A stretch of 63,890 nucleotides of DNA, filler included, from Reticulomyxa filosa (Eukaryota > Protista > Foraminifera), in the NCBI GenBank assembly GCA_000512085.1. It is 20 parts of 20 records of this genome, joined end to end, with 100 filler letters (N's around TTAATTAATTAA, not from the genome) between each part and the next. Parts side by side here need not be neighbours in the genome. Positions count along the whole stretch, not along the records: positions 35,607 to 40,982 come from ASPP01003538.1; positions 41,083 to 44,906 come from ASPP01010487.1; positions 45,007 to 48,214 come from ASPP01035212.1; positions 48,315 to 50,981 come from ASPP01010863.1; 16 more parts are not named here. One strand, written 5' to 3'. Positions 37,422-49,880 of the stretch are shown here, piece after piece. The first letter of the stretch is position 1. The number at the start of each line of letters is the position of its first letter. A model generated the notes under the pieces. That model was not told where the DNA came from. It did no database searches and worked only from the letters and a program-made list of their open reading frames with translations. The translations under genes were made by a program, and so were the position numbers.

Positions 37422-40085
37422 TCAATTTCCTTTATTGCTCTTTTTGTCTTCATCGACAAATGGCAAACCATCTTTGACAGTAACTGCTGTTGCAAGTTCA
37501 ATAGGAGTGTTAGATCTTGATAGCCCTTTCTCTACGATAAAAATGAAAAACAAGTTGATGTGATGATTGCAACAACGTTTTTCCATAAATTCCTTCTTTT
37601 TTTCTTCATATTTCATTTTATTCTCTGTTTCATTTCTCCATTCTTCAATGAAAGGTAAAATCTCCATTGTTCGATCAATGTCTCCTTGAGCATTCGTTAA
37701 CACGATATAGATGAGATTTAAATCAATGGGATTATTCCACCTTTTACTAATAGACATAGTTTGTTGGATGAATTGATCATATCTTGTCCATGTTAATAAT
37801 ATCATTTGTGTGTTTTTATTTTCTTTCTCTATTTTTGCATTCCATCCAGCTTCTTCTTTAGTATTTGTGTTATAAAATTGAATCGCATGAGATCTAGAAA
37901 ACAAAATTTCACGCTCATGTTTGAATGGAGATATCCATGATACATCACAGCTATATATCATATTTGCTCTTCTCATAGAAGGATGAAAATGTAAAATACA
38001 TCCTTGATCACTTCTATAAATCTTTGCAACTTCAAAATCATCAGAAGTACTTACATGACTTATAAAAAATCCAAATTTGATTTCTTTAATATTCTTCAAT
38101 CTCACTTCTTTCAGTCCACAATATAATTCTATACTCTCTTCTTCTCTTCTTTCGTGATTGTGCAAAATACGGATAGCTTGTTGCAAATACCAATCCAAAT
38201 TACTCCATTTCGAATGTTGAAATTGTATTTGGTCACGACTAAATTGAACATTACATGATCTTCCACAATACAATAGTATTGCACAAATATGAATTAATTG
38301 AAGTGGATATCCCATTTGTTTATGAATATCATCACGATACAATGTTTTTACTTCATTTAATATTGTTAATATGTTTTTATTTAATTTTAATTCATTTACA
38401 TTTTTTTCATTGTAATTAATTTTTTGTTTGATTGTTTCATGAAGTTGTTTTTCCTCTTTTTTAGTTAAATACTGAATTGTGACCAAATCCGTCAAATGCT
38501 CATTCTTGATTACTTCATGCAAAAGGGATTTCCATTGATTGTTGCTTGTATCTTTAATCGAAAACATAGTATCTTGAATAGTTTTAAGTTTGTGAATATC
38601 ACATTCATACAATAATGGATTGAATTTAGGTTTTTGATTTGATGAAATATCTTTACTTGGACTACTTTTTGGTATATCTGTTCTTTCAATACTAATTGTA
38701 TGTTTGTAAGACACCATGGATATACAATGCATTCCCAATAAACTTGTATATTTGGATAATGAGGAAAATGTCTGTAAATGTCATTCAATAATACATCCTC
38801 ATTTATATCTAATAAAATTTGTGGCTTAAAATTATTAAAATTACATTCCAATTTTATAAATTCATCCTCTCCATATAAAGACTCTTGTCTTATTTGTAAT
38901 TGATGTTTGAGATGTTCAAGTCCTTGTTTTAGAGTCATGGAATAAGGATTGAATGGTTCTTTATGTGCTGTACCACTCTCATTCAAAATAATTTGAAATG
39001 AATTGAATTCCTGTTTATAAATGAATGTTAAAACAATCTACAAATTAAAGTTTATTTTATTCAAATTTTATTTGTACTGAAATGATTAACTGAACAAAAA
39101 TTTGATAAAAATTCTCTACTGGCAATTTGTTCTGTGCGGAAATGCCAACCATGGTTAAGAATGAGATTGTAGTGCTTGATACAACTTGTTTTGAATTTTA
39201 GAATAATCATTATACCATTTAATATGAACATTGAATTCAAATGATGATTTCTTTGAATTTCCAACATGTAACGTTTTTAATTTTATTTTTTTAGACTTAC
39301 CTACTTTATTTTTATCCAATAATACAATCCTTCGATATTCATAATCAAATAAAATTTCATATTCTTTCCATTTTCCATTTGATAACATACACACTGTTTT
39401 TTGGGATATCTGTTCTCGTTTTGTAACTATTCATTTGTCATTTATAAATAAAAAAAAAATTCAGATATAAACAAATAATACATTGATTGTTGTTTAATCC
39501 ATTTTTTATAATATCCCCACAACAGTAACAATTGAGAATCAAATTGGATAACAAGATAATACCAATTGTCATCATTTTCTTTTTGGAATCCATAATCTTT
39601 TAAAAATGATTGCATCTTTTCAAATAATGAATCCACATTGATATTGAATTGATAACATTTTTGTTTTAAACGTTGATACAATGAACTTGTGTTGATTTGA
39701 CGATATTTGATAATTTTTGGATGAGATATTATACTCCATAATGTGTATAAACACATTTCTCTCATTATTTTCAATTCATTGTTTTCTTCCATTCTATTCA
39801 ATATGCAATCACAAACATTCGCAAATAGTTTTTTTAATCATTTCTACATTTTTTAACTTGTTGATATTGGAAGTAGAAGATATCTCCTTTAATTTTATAT
39901 TTGTATCTGCATAAATTTGATTACATTGTTTCCATGTACTTAAAATGGTTGTTTTGTCAATCTTATTATCATATTCTTCTAGTAATCTCATTAAAAGCAG
40001 CTGTTGTTGAAGAGTTATTCTATAATTGATGTATTAATTTGTAAAAAAATAATATTTGAACAAGTCTGTTGTAAAGCGTTGGTTA
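37422..40085 (-). CDS. Multidomain protein: (CUE-like)-PUB-PH-like-mono-ADP-ribosyltransferase (R-S-E clade)-UBA-like, with frameshifts
   Basis: PUB-like LYTLWSIISHPKIIKYRQIN...FLKDYGF. ART motifs ELYCGL / FISHVSTSDDFEVAKIY / DVSWISPFKHEREILF. Frameshifts at ~38733 and ~39185, and a decayed 5' end. Confidence 0.75.
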
Positions 40086-41085
40086 TAACTTATTCTCTAC
40101 AATGAAATTCAGGACCATAGTTGTTTCGTCAACATTTTCTTTGCACAAATTCCAGATTTTTGAAACAAAATCTCTTTTTCAATTGTGCTAAAATTGTCTT
40201 GAAGTCGTTCCATTTGAAACACTCAAGTTTAATACTTCCAACAGTTCTTTGGAAAAACTCTTTTTCAAACTGGAACGAAGTACACCCGGAAAAAAGTAAA
40301 TATTTTACTCTTATACTACATCTTATTTCGTAACAAAAATGAATATTAAAAATATTCTTTATTGATAAAGTAAATAATTTGACCTACTTTTACACTTTCT
40401 CCCATTCGGCGATGTTAAGTCAAAAGAGTCCCATCATTTTGTTAGGGTAAAATGAATGTTGATTATGCAATTTAAACAAGGTAAACAGGTAAAATCCACA
40501 TATTAGCAAATTTTTTATTTTTTGAAATGGATTAGCTTTTCAAGGATTTTATTTTGCTGGCAAAGATTTTTTTATTTTTCACTCCGGAGTGGCACAAAAA
40601 ACTACTCCACTTTTTTGCTGAGGATTGGTTTAAACTATTTTTCACAATTCATACAATTTATTGAAATATAATGAATTGATATAAAATATGATATATGTTA
40701 CAAAATTTTCACTATTTCTTTTGTGAATAAATATTCTTTTATTCATGTTATTGACAACAATTAAAGTTAGAAAAACATTATGTAAGATTGTTTATATAAA
40801 GTTGGATGTAATTTTAAACGTGAAAATTGAAACAAAGAAGAGTAGTAAAAGGTAGACATTCTACTTTTGCATTTTCACTTTGGGAAAATTGGATAATGCT
40901 CTCTTTACAAGGCTGAGTTGTTTATCTAACTTAAATCATTAAGAAAAAAAATCAAACAACATTCCAAATTTTAAAATGCATTNNNNNNNNNNNNNNNNNN
41001 NNNNNNNNNNNNNNNNNNNNNNNNNNTTAATTAATTAANNNNNNNNNNNNNNNNNNNNNNNNNNNNNNNNNNNNNNNNNNNNTAC

Positions 41086-41117
<32 letters not shown>

Positions 41118-41140
41118 TAACCTTGGTGTATGAAATGAAA

Positions 41141-41795
41141 GGTACTACTGATCGTAACTCCAAAGAATTCAAAGAAATCAAAGACCATTTGCATAGCCTC
41201 GGTGCGAATGAAGTAATTGGCGAAGACGACTTGCCCAAGCTGAGCGATGAGGAACGACTCAAGTTATTTGGTGGCAACAAAAATCAAGTGCCATTGCTGG
41301 CGTTCAATGCTGTCGGCGGCAGGGTCGTTTCCGACATGTGCAAGCTTCTCGGAAGAGATGCCACGCTTGTCACGTACGGAGGGATGAGCAGAAAACCTGT
41401 CACCATTGGCACCGGCACCTTGGTCTTCCAGAACATTTCGTTCACAGTTTTGGAGTGTGTGTTTATTATTATTTGTCTTTTGTTCACGTGCGCTCACTGC
41501 GTGCATGCAAACTTCACATAAATGGAAAAAGGGGTTTTGGATGAGTCGCTGGAAAGATATCGCAAAACAAAGCGAAAGTGGGCAAAGGGAATTTGAAAAA
41601 ATGCTAAAAGAGCTCGAATCGATGGTACTCAATCGAGAACTAACCTTTTGTTCACATGAATTTCCTTTTGGACAACAGGGCGAAGGGCTGCTAAATGCTC
41701 TCAAATGTCTAACCGAGCCCAGTGCTGCCAATACTCAAGATGGTCAAAAAAATACCTGTCCTAAACATGGCAAGTACATCCTTTCTTTTGAATGA
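41141..41795 (+). CDS. MECR: Mitochondrial trans-2-enoyl-CoA/ACP reductase, 3' part
   Basis: LAFNAVGG, LVTYGGMSRKPV, LVFQNISFT|GFWMSRW, and terminal KYIL. Intron at ~41448-41531. Confidence 0.88.
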
Positions 41796-42379
41796 TACAC
41801 AAGTGTAGGGTTATTGTTTCCTTCTTGATTTCATTCGTTGAAATCAAAAGTCTAATTTGTAAAATTCATTACTTAGCTTTGCGTAATTTTTTTTTCTTCA
41901 GCATCTTCACTTTAGTGCTTTTGGAAAGTCTTATGATCTTCCTCATTTCCAACAGACACTTGATCAACTTTGAAATTGTGTTGTTCAAATAAAAATGTGA
42001 CTTGTAGTTTGTCCGAAAATGAGAAAACAAACTTGGGTTGTTTGTTGGCTTTGGGCGAGATTTTCTGTGTCACTTTCATAATTTTCCTTTGTTTTACAGA
42101 CCAATCAATATCGAAAATGAATAAAAATTGGTGGTTTGATTGTAGGTTCATTGTCAAACAGTGTTTTCGTCACTGCATTGTTCTACACAGTAAACACGAC
42201 ATTAATTTTCTCTTTATATGTTTTTGCAAGTCTAGTTTGTAATTGCATATTTGCCCTAGCAAAGGATTTTCAATTGTATAAAAAACCAAAAAACGACTGA
42301 CTTTAAAAAAAAAGGTATACGAAGGAGCCACGCAATCAAATTTCATCTAAAATCAACAAATTGATTATCTAATCTAGCA

Positions 42380-43438
42380 ATGACATCAACATCAGCAACT
42401 TCCATTACTCCAACTCTGCCAAGAGTCTGCAAGCCAGCTCCATCTTTCTCATGTCCAGCGTTGCAACCAGACAAGAAATTTAAAGACGTGTCTTTGTCGG
42501 ACTTTAAAGGCAAATATTTAGTGTTGTTTAGTTATCCTTTGGACTTTACTTTCGTTTGTCCAACGGAGATCATTGAGTTTAGTGAAGCTTCGGAGCAATT
42601 CCGCAAAATCGGATGTGAAGTAGTTGGATTTTCGATTGATTCACAGTTTACGGTGAGCTCTCCCCCTTCTTTTTATTGTTTTTTTTTTTTTTTTTTTTAA
42701 TAAAAAATTTTCGTTTTCCAACATTTTTTTCGAGCATTGAATCAAAGTCGAACAACAAAACATACAATAGCATCACGCCTGGGTAATGACCCCCCGAAAA
42801 CAAGGCGGCTTGGGTTTAGTAAAAGAGAATACCTAAAGTTGTTTGAATGTTAACTGTCGAGTCCGTGATTACGGCATACCCTTTTTTTTTTTCCTGAGAC
42901 TTACAAACAAACAAAATAAACAAACAAAGGTGACATCAAAATTCCCTTGTTAGCGGACGTGAACAGAAAATTGAGTCGAGATTACGGTGTGTTGCTGGAT
43001 ACTGGATTTACTTGTCGTGGGACCTTTATAATTGGTATTTCACAAAAAAAAAAAAAAAAAAAAGTAAAAGGTTTAGAGTTTGTTGTAATGTTTAACCAAA
43101 AAACAAAACAAAAAAAAAAACAACTTGACATTTCAAGATACCCATGGAATAATTCGCCACATCAGCATGAATGACCCTCCTGTGGGACGCAATGTGAAAG
43201 AAATCTTGCGATTGGTGGAGGCCTATCAATATACGGATAAACATGGTGAGGTGTGCCCTGCCAACTGGGTCAAATCGGGCGATGCCACAGTTAAATTTGG
43301 AAAACAAAGGGGGAATCTTGCTTGATTTCGCTCTGTACATCCATGAATATTTGTCATTGTATGTTGTTGGAATAGATAAAACCTGATCCTGACAAGAAAT
43401 TGGAATACTTCAACAAAAAAGATGAACAGTCGAAATAA
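42380..43438 (+). CDS. PRDX: Typical 2-Cys peroxiredoxin (AhpC/Prx1), 5 exons
   Basis: [34 protein letters not shown] and a C-terminal YF motif. Confidence 0.96.
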
Positions 43439-43999
43439 AAAAAAAAAACAACTAGCCTGATTTGTTTGTTGTTGTTTGTCTCTTTTTCAAACAATTATTT
43501 GTGATTTAAAATGAATTAGCAATTGGGGTCTGTCTTATATTCCAATCTTCCTATGGGGGGGGTATCCCATACTCTTTGAAACAGAAAGTAGTTGGTGGAA
43601 CGGGTAACGAGTCGCATCTGGGTGTTATGTTATCTGAACATAGCCTTTCTAAACTTTTTTTTTTGTTGGTCTTCAATGCAATGCAAAGTATTGTTAGATT
43701 TTCTTCACGCGTTTGAATTACAGCTTTTTAAAACTTAGATCTTTTTTTTTGTTCCGTTTTTTAGCATATACCCCTAACATGAGGGTTAGTTTTTGATTGA
43801 AAAGTATATTTCTGCTGAGAGTTGTTATCTCTAGTTTTTTCATGGTTCTTAAAGAGTACTGAAACCGAAATAGAACAATGGTTTTTATCGCAACTGATAT
43901 TCACGTTCGAACTAAATAGGTGCTAGACACTTGTTATATCAGTGGCACTCGTTGAGAAGTTTCCTCTTGGGAGGGAAAAGAACTTTCAGAATTCCAAAT

Positions 44000-44591
44000 A
44001 TGGATTTTGAAGATGAGCTGAAAAATGGGGATGATAGTGATAATGACCTGCTTCCGTCAAAAAATCCATCACCAGGTTATTTTGGAAAGTCAGAACGAGT
44101 AGACTTGACAAACACAGAAATGAAGAAAGAGGAAGCAGTAAAGAAAGAACAAGAAGAGGAAGAAGAAGAAGAGCAAGGAGCAGCAGTGGCAAATGAAACA
44201 GAGAAAAACCTAAGAAAGCAGTATGAAGAGATATTTGCAACGATGGATCAAAACATAAACGAGATGCAGTCATATGAGAAAGCAAGTTCGATAATATCGT
44301 TCCAAACGCAATCGCCAACGGAAACACCGAAGCGAAACGACACGCGAAGCAAGTTTTCGGACAGCGATTCGTCGGGCTCGAACAGCGACGTAGGGAGTTC
44401 GAACACGATGGTGTCACCATCAAAGTCGAAGTCGAAATCGAAGTCGAAGTCGCGACTGCAATCGAAAGCGGGATCGAAGCGCAAGTCAAAGTCGCAATCC
44501 AAGTCAAGAAGAGAAGAAGAAGAGGAGAAGAAGAGTAGTAACAAGGACAAAGATAAAGATAAAGATAAGAATAAGAATAGGAAGAAGAAGA

Positions 44592-44649
<58 letters not shown>

Positions 44650-44906
44650 TAATAATAATAATAAGCAAACACAAGGCAATACTCAAACAATAGGCACAGC
44701 AATGGCACCAATCCCAATGTTGCAAAGCAGTAGTACGTTTGACAGCAGCATGGATGTGGCGTCTCGTGACAGTGAAGAATTCAAGCAACGTATATCGTTC
44801 ACGACGGACGACCTTAGCGTCACAGTTACCCCGCGAAAAAAGACCAATCCCAAATCGGTGGACGCCAAGCCCAACTCGCCGTCGCTCGGTACCATGACTA
44901 CTACTA
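44000..44906 (+). CDS. Hypothetical disordered protein N-terminus (poly-Glu, SK repeats, poly-Asn)
   Basis: Long open frame from MDFEDEL to the contig end. No folded domain visible. Confidence 0.6.
44593..44662 (+). repeat. (AAT)n microsatellite encoding poly-Asn
   Basis: Direct reading; similar tracts occur at ~5803-5860, ~48320-48380 and ~49300-49355. Confidence 0.95.
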
Positions 44907-45484
44907 NNNNNNNNNNNNNNNNNNNNNNNNNNNNNNNNNNNNNNNNNNNNTTAATTAATTAANNNNNNNNNNNNNNNNNNNNNNNNNNNNNNNNNNNNNN
45001 NNNNNNAAAAAAATTATATATGTTTTTTTCATATAAATGAGTTGCGATTTTTCATTTTATGGATAATAAAAAATTTATTGTAAGTGCATATAATAAAGTA
45101 TTTTGTGTTATATTGATAATTGATAAAATGACCTTTTGAGTCATGATTTATAATATATTTATTTATTTTTCTTCATACCGGTTTTTCCATTTGGGAGAAC
45201 TTTTATAAAGATTATCTAGGATATTATTGTATCTCTAGCTCTAATCTTTATAGAGCTCGCATTTTTGCTTATGGTAATGTTACAATTACCATAAGCAATA
45301 AGGATAGTCGGCTCCATAGCCTACCTTAGTTCTCTTCCTAGGGTAGCTGCTGTATTAAAGGATTTTATCTTTTTTTACAGTAGATATGGAGTTCGGAGTT
45401 TCCGACAAGTGAGCGCAGACCAGGGTTCTCACTGGTATTCAGTAGTTGCTTTTGCAATTATTGATAATCAGTGTTCCCCCCAAT

Positions 45485-45615
45485 TTTTAATTTATTTTAT
45501 TATTTTTTAATGTTTTTTTATTATTTTTTTAATGTTTTTATATTATTTTTTAATGTTTTTAAATGTTTTTTTAATGTTTTTTTAATGTTTTTTAATGTTT
45601 TTTTTATGTTTTATT
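45485..45615 (+). repeat. T-rich minisatellite (TTTTTTAATG-like units)
   Basis: Repeated ttttttaatgtttt units. Confidence 0.8.
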
Positions 45616-46998
45616 TTAAATATAAAATTAATAATAAAATTTGTTGTTTTTTATTTTTATATTGATGAAAGATTCATGAAAGTAATATAAATAAATTATT
45701 TTAAATTAGTTTTCATCTTAATTGAATGATTCTGTCAAGACATTGCAATAAGCTCAAAACACAACCTAAATACAGAAAAGGGGATCATCAAAAAAAAAAT
45801 GACACAACAATCTCAAAATCAAAGACTTTCCATATTAAACTCAAAAGATTTAATCACAAAACTTAAAATGATCATTGCTATTTCAATATACTTGGTCCAT
45901 ACTATAGATTGTTGAACTCTAAAACCAATGGTGACTTTGGAAGACAACTGGGTATTTACTTTACATTTGATATGCACATGCACAATCTGATAATGCTTTG
46001 AATAAAGTAATAAATAAATGAATAATGAACGATACAAGTAATGATAATGGAGGATGGAGAACATAGACATAGAAATGTATTTAGTTTGTTGTTATTGTAG
46101 AACATTGCATCTAACATGTGATAATTTGTTGGTCATTCCAATCGACCACTCGAAGGGGATTATTGAGTGAAGAGTTAGTGCTTTGGATGTATTGAAAGAT
46201 TAAGTCTTTGTGGGCGGCACATAATTTATTATTGTCATGGTCACCACTCCTACTGTTGGTACCACTGCTGCTTCGATTGCAGATAACGGTACCTGCGAGT
46301 ATTCGTAGCGCATTACTTTTAAACACTGTAGACATTTCACTTCTAATGTGTTTTCTTCGTTGGCCAATATCACCATGTGATGTAAACAATCGGTGCATAA
46401 ATCAATTCCACACTTTTTTTTTTTAGCTATTTAATTGTATAATTGTCATTAACCACATACACACAAAACTTGACACGGACGATACGCAATTTCTGTCAAT
46501 CTCATATTATTGATACACTATTGTTCCCAATCAACATACATCCACAAGTTTTTGAGTGGTGATGAACAAACATTTTTTCCAAACAAAAAAATCACACAAG
46601 GACGCAACAAGTACTTGTGGTCATATTTCCAAAGTACCATGCGTTGTACTTTCGAAAGTATAATTTTAAATAGCACATTTTCAAGTAATAATTTTCTTGC
46701 TTTTAACGTTTGTGTTAGAATATACAGAGAGTGAGTTATTTGATGTGTCACTTTGAATATTTATTTGAAAGAGTTTTAACTTGAAAAATTGGGATGTGAT
46801 TCAATCAGAAGACTCAAGTTTAAATTTTATTTTCAAGGAGTTATATGTGTAAAAAATTTTTAGCAAAAAAGAAATGTTGAACTTATTTTTTATAAAACCT
46901 GAAACAAAAACAAGCAAGACAAGTATAAAACAAACTGTCGCTAAAGAAAAACTCAAAAAAAAAAAAAAAGGAAGCATATTGTAGAGTGAGGACAAGGA

Positions 46999-48105
46999 TT
47001 AGAAGAGCTTTCCCCAAGTCTTCGGGACAGGGTGTGCTTCAGTGTTAAAAACATAGTCATCGAAGTTAAATCCAGTGTCAACGCCTTGTGTAATGGTCAA
47101 GTTGTACATAAAAGTCAAATACAAGTATTTCATGCTTTCTGCAAAGAAATAGCTTGGACACGAGTTTTGCCTTGACATTGTGGAGACATTTTGCAAGGCA
47201 GAGTAGCCAACACAATCAGAGGTGCATTTGCAATAAGTGACAATGTCATTGAAGTACTCCACCGCTCGATCATAGTATATGCCGTTGTTGGTGAATACAT
47301 ACAGATAATAATTCGATTCAAAATTTTCCGGATTCAAATCATACGACGGGTTCACTGCTGTATCTGAAATAAAGTTGTACACGCCAGGTTCGATGATATA
47401 AGTTCCCCACATTTTCCAATTGGCATTTTGGTTTTGCTCCGCCCATTCCAATTCACCAGTCAATGCCAATTCTGCTGCAAAAAACGCAGCATACAAATCG
47501 TACTGGTATCCCTGTAAAATTTTATTTTTTAAAGTACGTATACACAATATATACATACACATGTATTATATATATATATATGTATACATATACATATATA
47601 TTATATAAAAAAAAAAAAACAAACGTTTGGCAGGATTTGCCCAGTGGTCATATTGGCAATGGCAAACCACAAATTCTGCCCTTCGTAATAGCTTAAGTAG
47701 GTGGTAATGGAATAAAGGGCGTCGTTCCACCATTGGAGACAGTCCTCATCTCCGAACAGCTTCCAACACTTGAGCAAGTATTCGTAGTAACTGTCAATAC
47801 CGGCATCGATGTGAGTGTCGGTCGAGCTGTATACGTGCTTGATCGAGGTTTGCGTCAAATTGATAGTGCCGCCAACAAATCCAATGTCGCTTTGCGAGTT
47901 TTTCAACAGCTGCAAGTTCTTCTTCGCCGCGTCGTAGTACTTCATATCGCCCGTCAAATAGCTCAAACACCCAAACTCGATTATCGCTGTCCCTACGATC
48001 GCTGGGTTCGTTGTCGTCGCTTGCTTATTCACCACGCCCGTTTTCAAGTTTATCGATTGGTATGGAAAGCCTGAAGGGCTGCGATTTGTAAATATTGGAT
48101 AAATA
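46999..48105 (-). CDS. Glycoside hydrolase family 47 (class I alpha-1,2-mannosidase), 3' exons
   Basis: PSGFPY, GTAIIEFGCLSYLTGD, AGIDSYYEYLLK, LNPENFES, SYFFAESMKYLYL, FNTEAHP. Intron at ~47513-47624. Confidence 0.93.
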
Positions 48106-48176
48106 CGATTTCCTTTGTATACGTGCATATATTTGGAAATGTATAAATATTGATGTTAATATAAATACAAGTATAA

Positions 48177-48214
<38 letters not shown>

Positions 48215-48314
48215 NNNNNNNNNNNNNNNNNNNNNNNNNNNNNNNNNNNNNNNNNNNNTTAATTAATTAANNNNNNNNNNNNNNNNNNNNNNNNNNNNNN
48301 NNNNNNNNNNNNNN

Positions 48315-48330
48315 TTATTTATTATTATTA

Positions 48331-48376
<46 letters not shown>

Positions 48377-49315
48377 GTTATTACATTGAGTAGAATTGGT
48401 ATTGGAATTAGAAGAGGAGATTCGATAGTGTAAAACATAAGCAGCACAAGATGGATCTCGTTTGGTGAATTCGAATAAACCGTTGGCCAAATCGAGCATG
48501 ATATCCAAGACTATTTCCAAAGTGCCTTCGGGTTTCGACGGCTCGGATGTCGGCGTTGCGTTTGTTTGTGTCTTCCAACACGCAAGCAGCGAATGCAGCC
48601 CAATTTCGACGCAACTGAGCAAGTCCATTATTTCCATTGTCACCACATTGCCGTCGTCCCATTGCGACAGCATATAATTCACAAAACGAGACACGCGATA
48701 TTTTTCTTGCAATGTGTCTTTGTTCACATCTTTTTTTTTTTTTAAAAAAAAAAAATTTAAAAAAAATAAATAAATAAATAAACAAATTAAATATTGTAAG
48801 TAATCCCAAAAAAAAAAAAAAAAAAAAAAAGTAGCGAAACAGCGCAACTGTGCAAATCAAATTGTAAAAACACAAGATGCATAAGAAGATATCCATAATT
48901 GGTGACAAATGAGTTGATATTGGGAGTGAAGAATTCGCATAAGGCGGCGATGGCCGACCAAAGTTTGACTTTGAAAAGAAGAGAATGTGATTGAAGCAAA
49001 GAAAGAGAAGAAAGAGGAGAAGAAGAAGAAGAAGAAGAAGAAGAATGAGAAGGATTGGAAAGTTGTTTTGTTTTCAAAAAAGCAAGTTTGTGTTGAGCAA
49101 TGTAATGTCGACAAAGCAAGGAGTTATCATGAAAGCCATAGCACTGGAATAGAGTTTGCAACAGCAATTGGATGCCATTGAATTGATACACCTGAGATTG
49201 CACAGCCGAGTTGTTATGTGCCAAGTCTTGCAATATCCACGCACCGAGGTATTGTATCTGTTTGCAAAGAATCTTTGTTTCCAATGTCTCCTTATCATTG
49301 TCATTGTCATTGTCA

Positions 49316-49358
<43 letters not shown>

Positions 49359-49880
49359 TTTCGTCGCAATAATAATAATAAGTGCGCAAAAATGAATTGA
49401 TGTCAGTATATTGTCGCGACACCAACTGAAGCAACAAGGATAGTCCCCCACATTGATAGATGACTGCCTCGTTCTTGTCCAATAGTTGATGTATCACTTC
49501 CAATGAATCGATTATTAACGTTAGCTTTTCCATATCCATTTTCTTTGTCTTTGTCGTTGTCTTGCTTACACTGCTCATCAATTCACCCAACTGCTCAATT
49601 GCTGTCTTCAATGTCTTGCGGTTGTTCAACACACTCTCTCCTCCGCCCAATATCACTTCGGCCCACTTTTGACGCTCTTCCGGAGGCAACGCGTACAAAC
49701 TCTCCACCTTTGTCCCGCTTAGCTCGTTCCGCTCTTTCGCTTCCGTCTCGTCCGGGTTGGGATTGATTTCATCTATCGGATGTCCTCGGTCTGTGTAGTT
49801 TGGCTTTGCAGTTTCTTTTATTATCCAACGCAATAATTGACCCGGATGAAATTCTTCTCGAGACATTCCAATTGACAAAG
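48315..49880 (-). CDS. Fes1/HspBP1-like ARM-repeat Hsp70 nucleotide exchange factor
   Basis: QLLRWII...LPPEERQKW N-domain, GGLSLLL, AWILQDLAHNNSAVQSQV, KLWSAIAALC. Confidence 0.72.

Noticed and set aside
41083-43438. MECR plus peroxiredoxin as a functional gene cluster
   Set aside because: These are two ordinary housekeeping genes in a compact genome, with no evidence of co-regulation.
43986-44788. Antisense ORFs rich in poly-Tyr, poly-Leu or poly-Ile (also 5782-6013, 49074-49451)
   Set aside because: They are shadows of (AAT)n microsatellites in other frames or strands.
45800-46760. Short ORFs between the minisatellite and GH47 (also 14093-14631, 31056-31301, 54399-54575)
   Set aside because: No recognisable motif or consistent exon structure, so a call cannot be supported.
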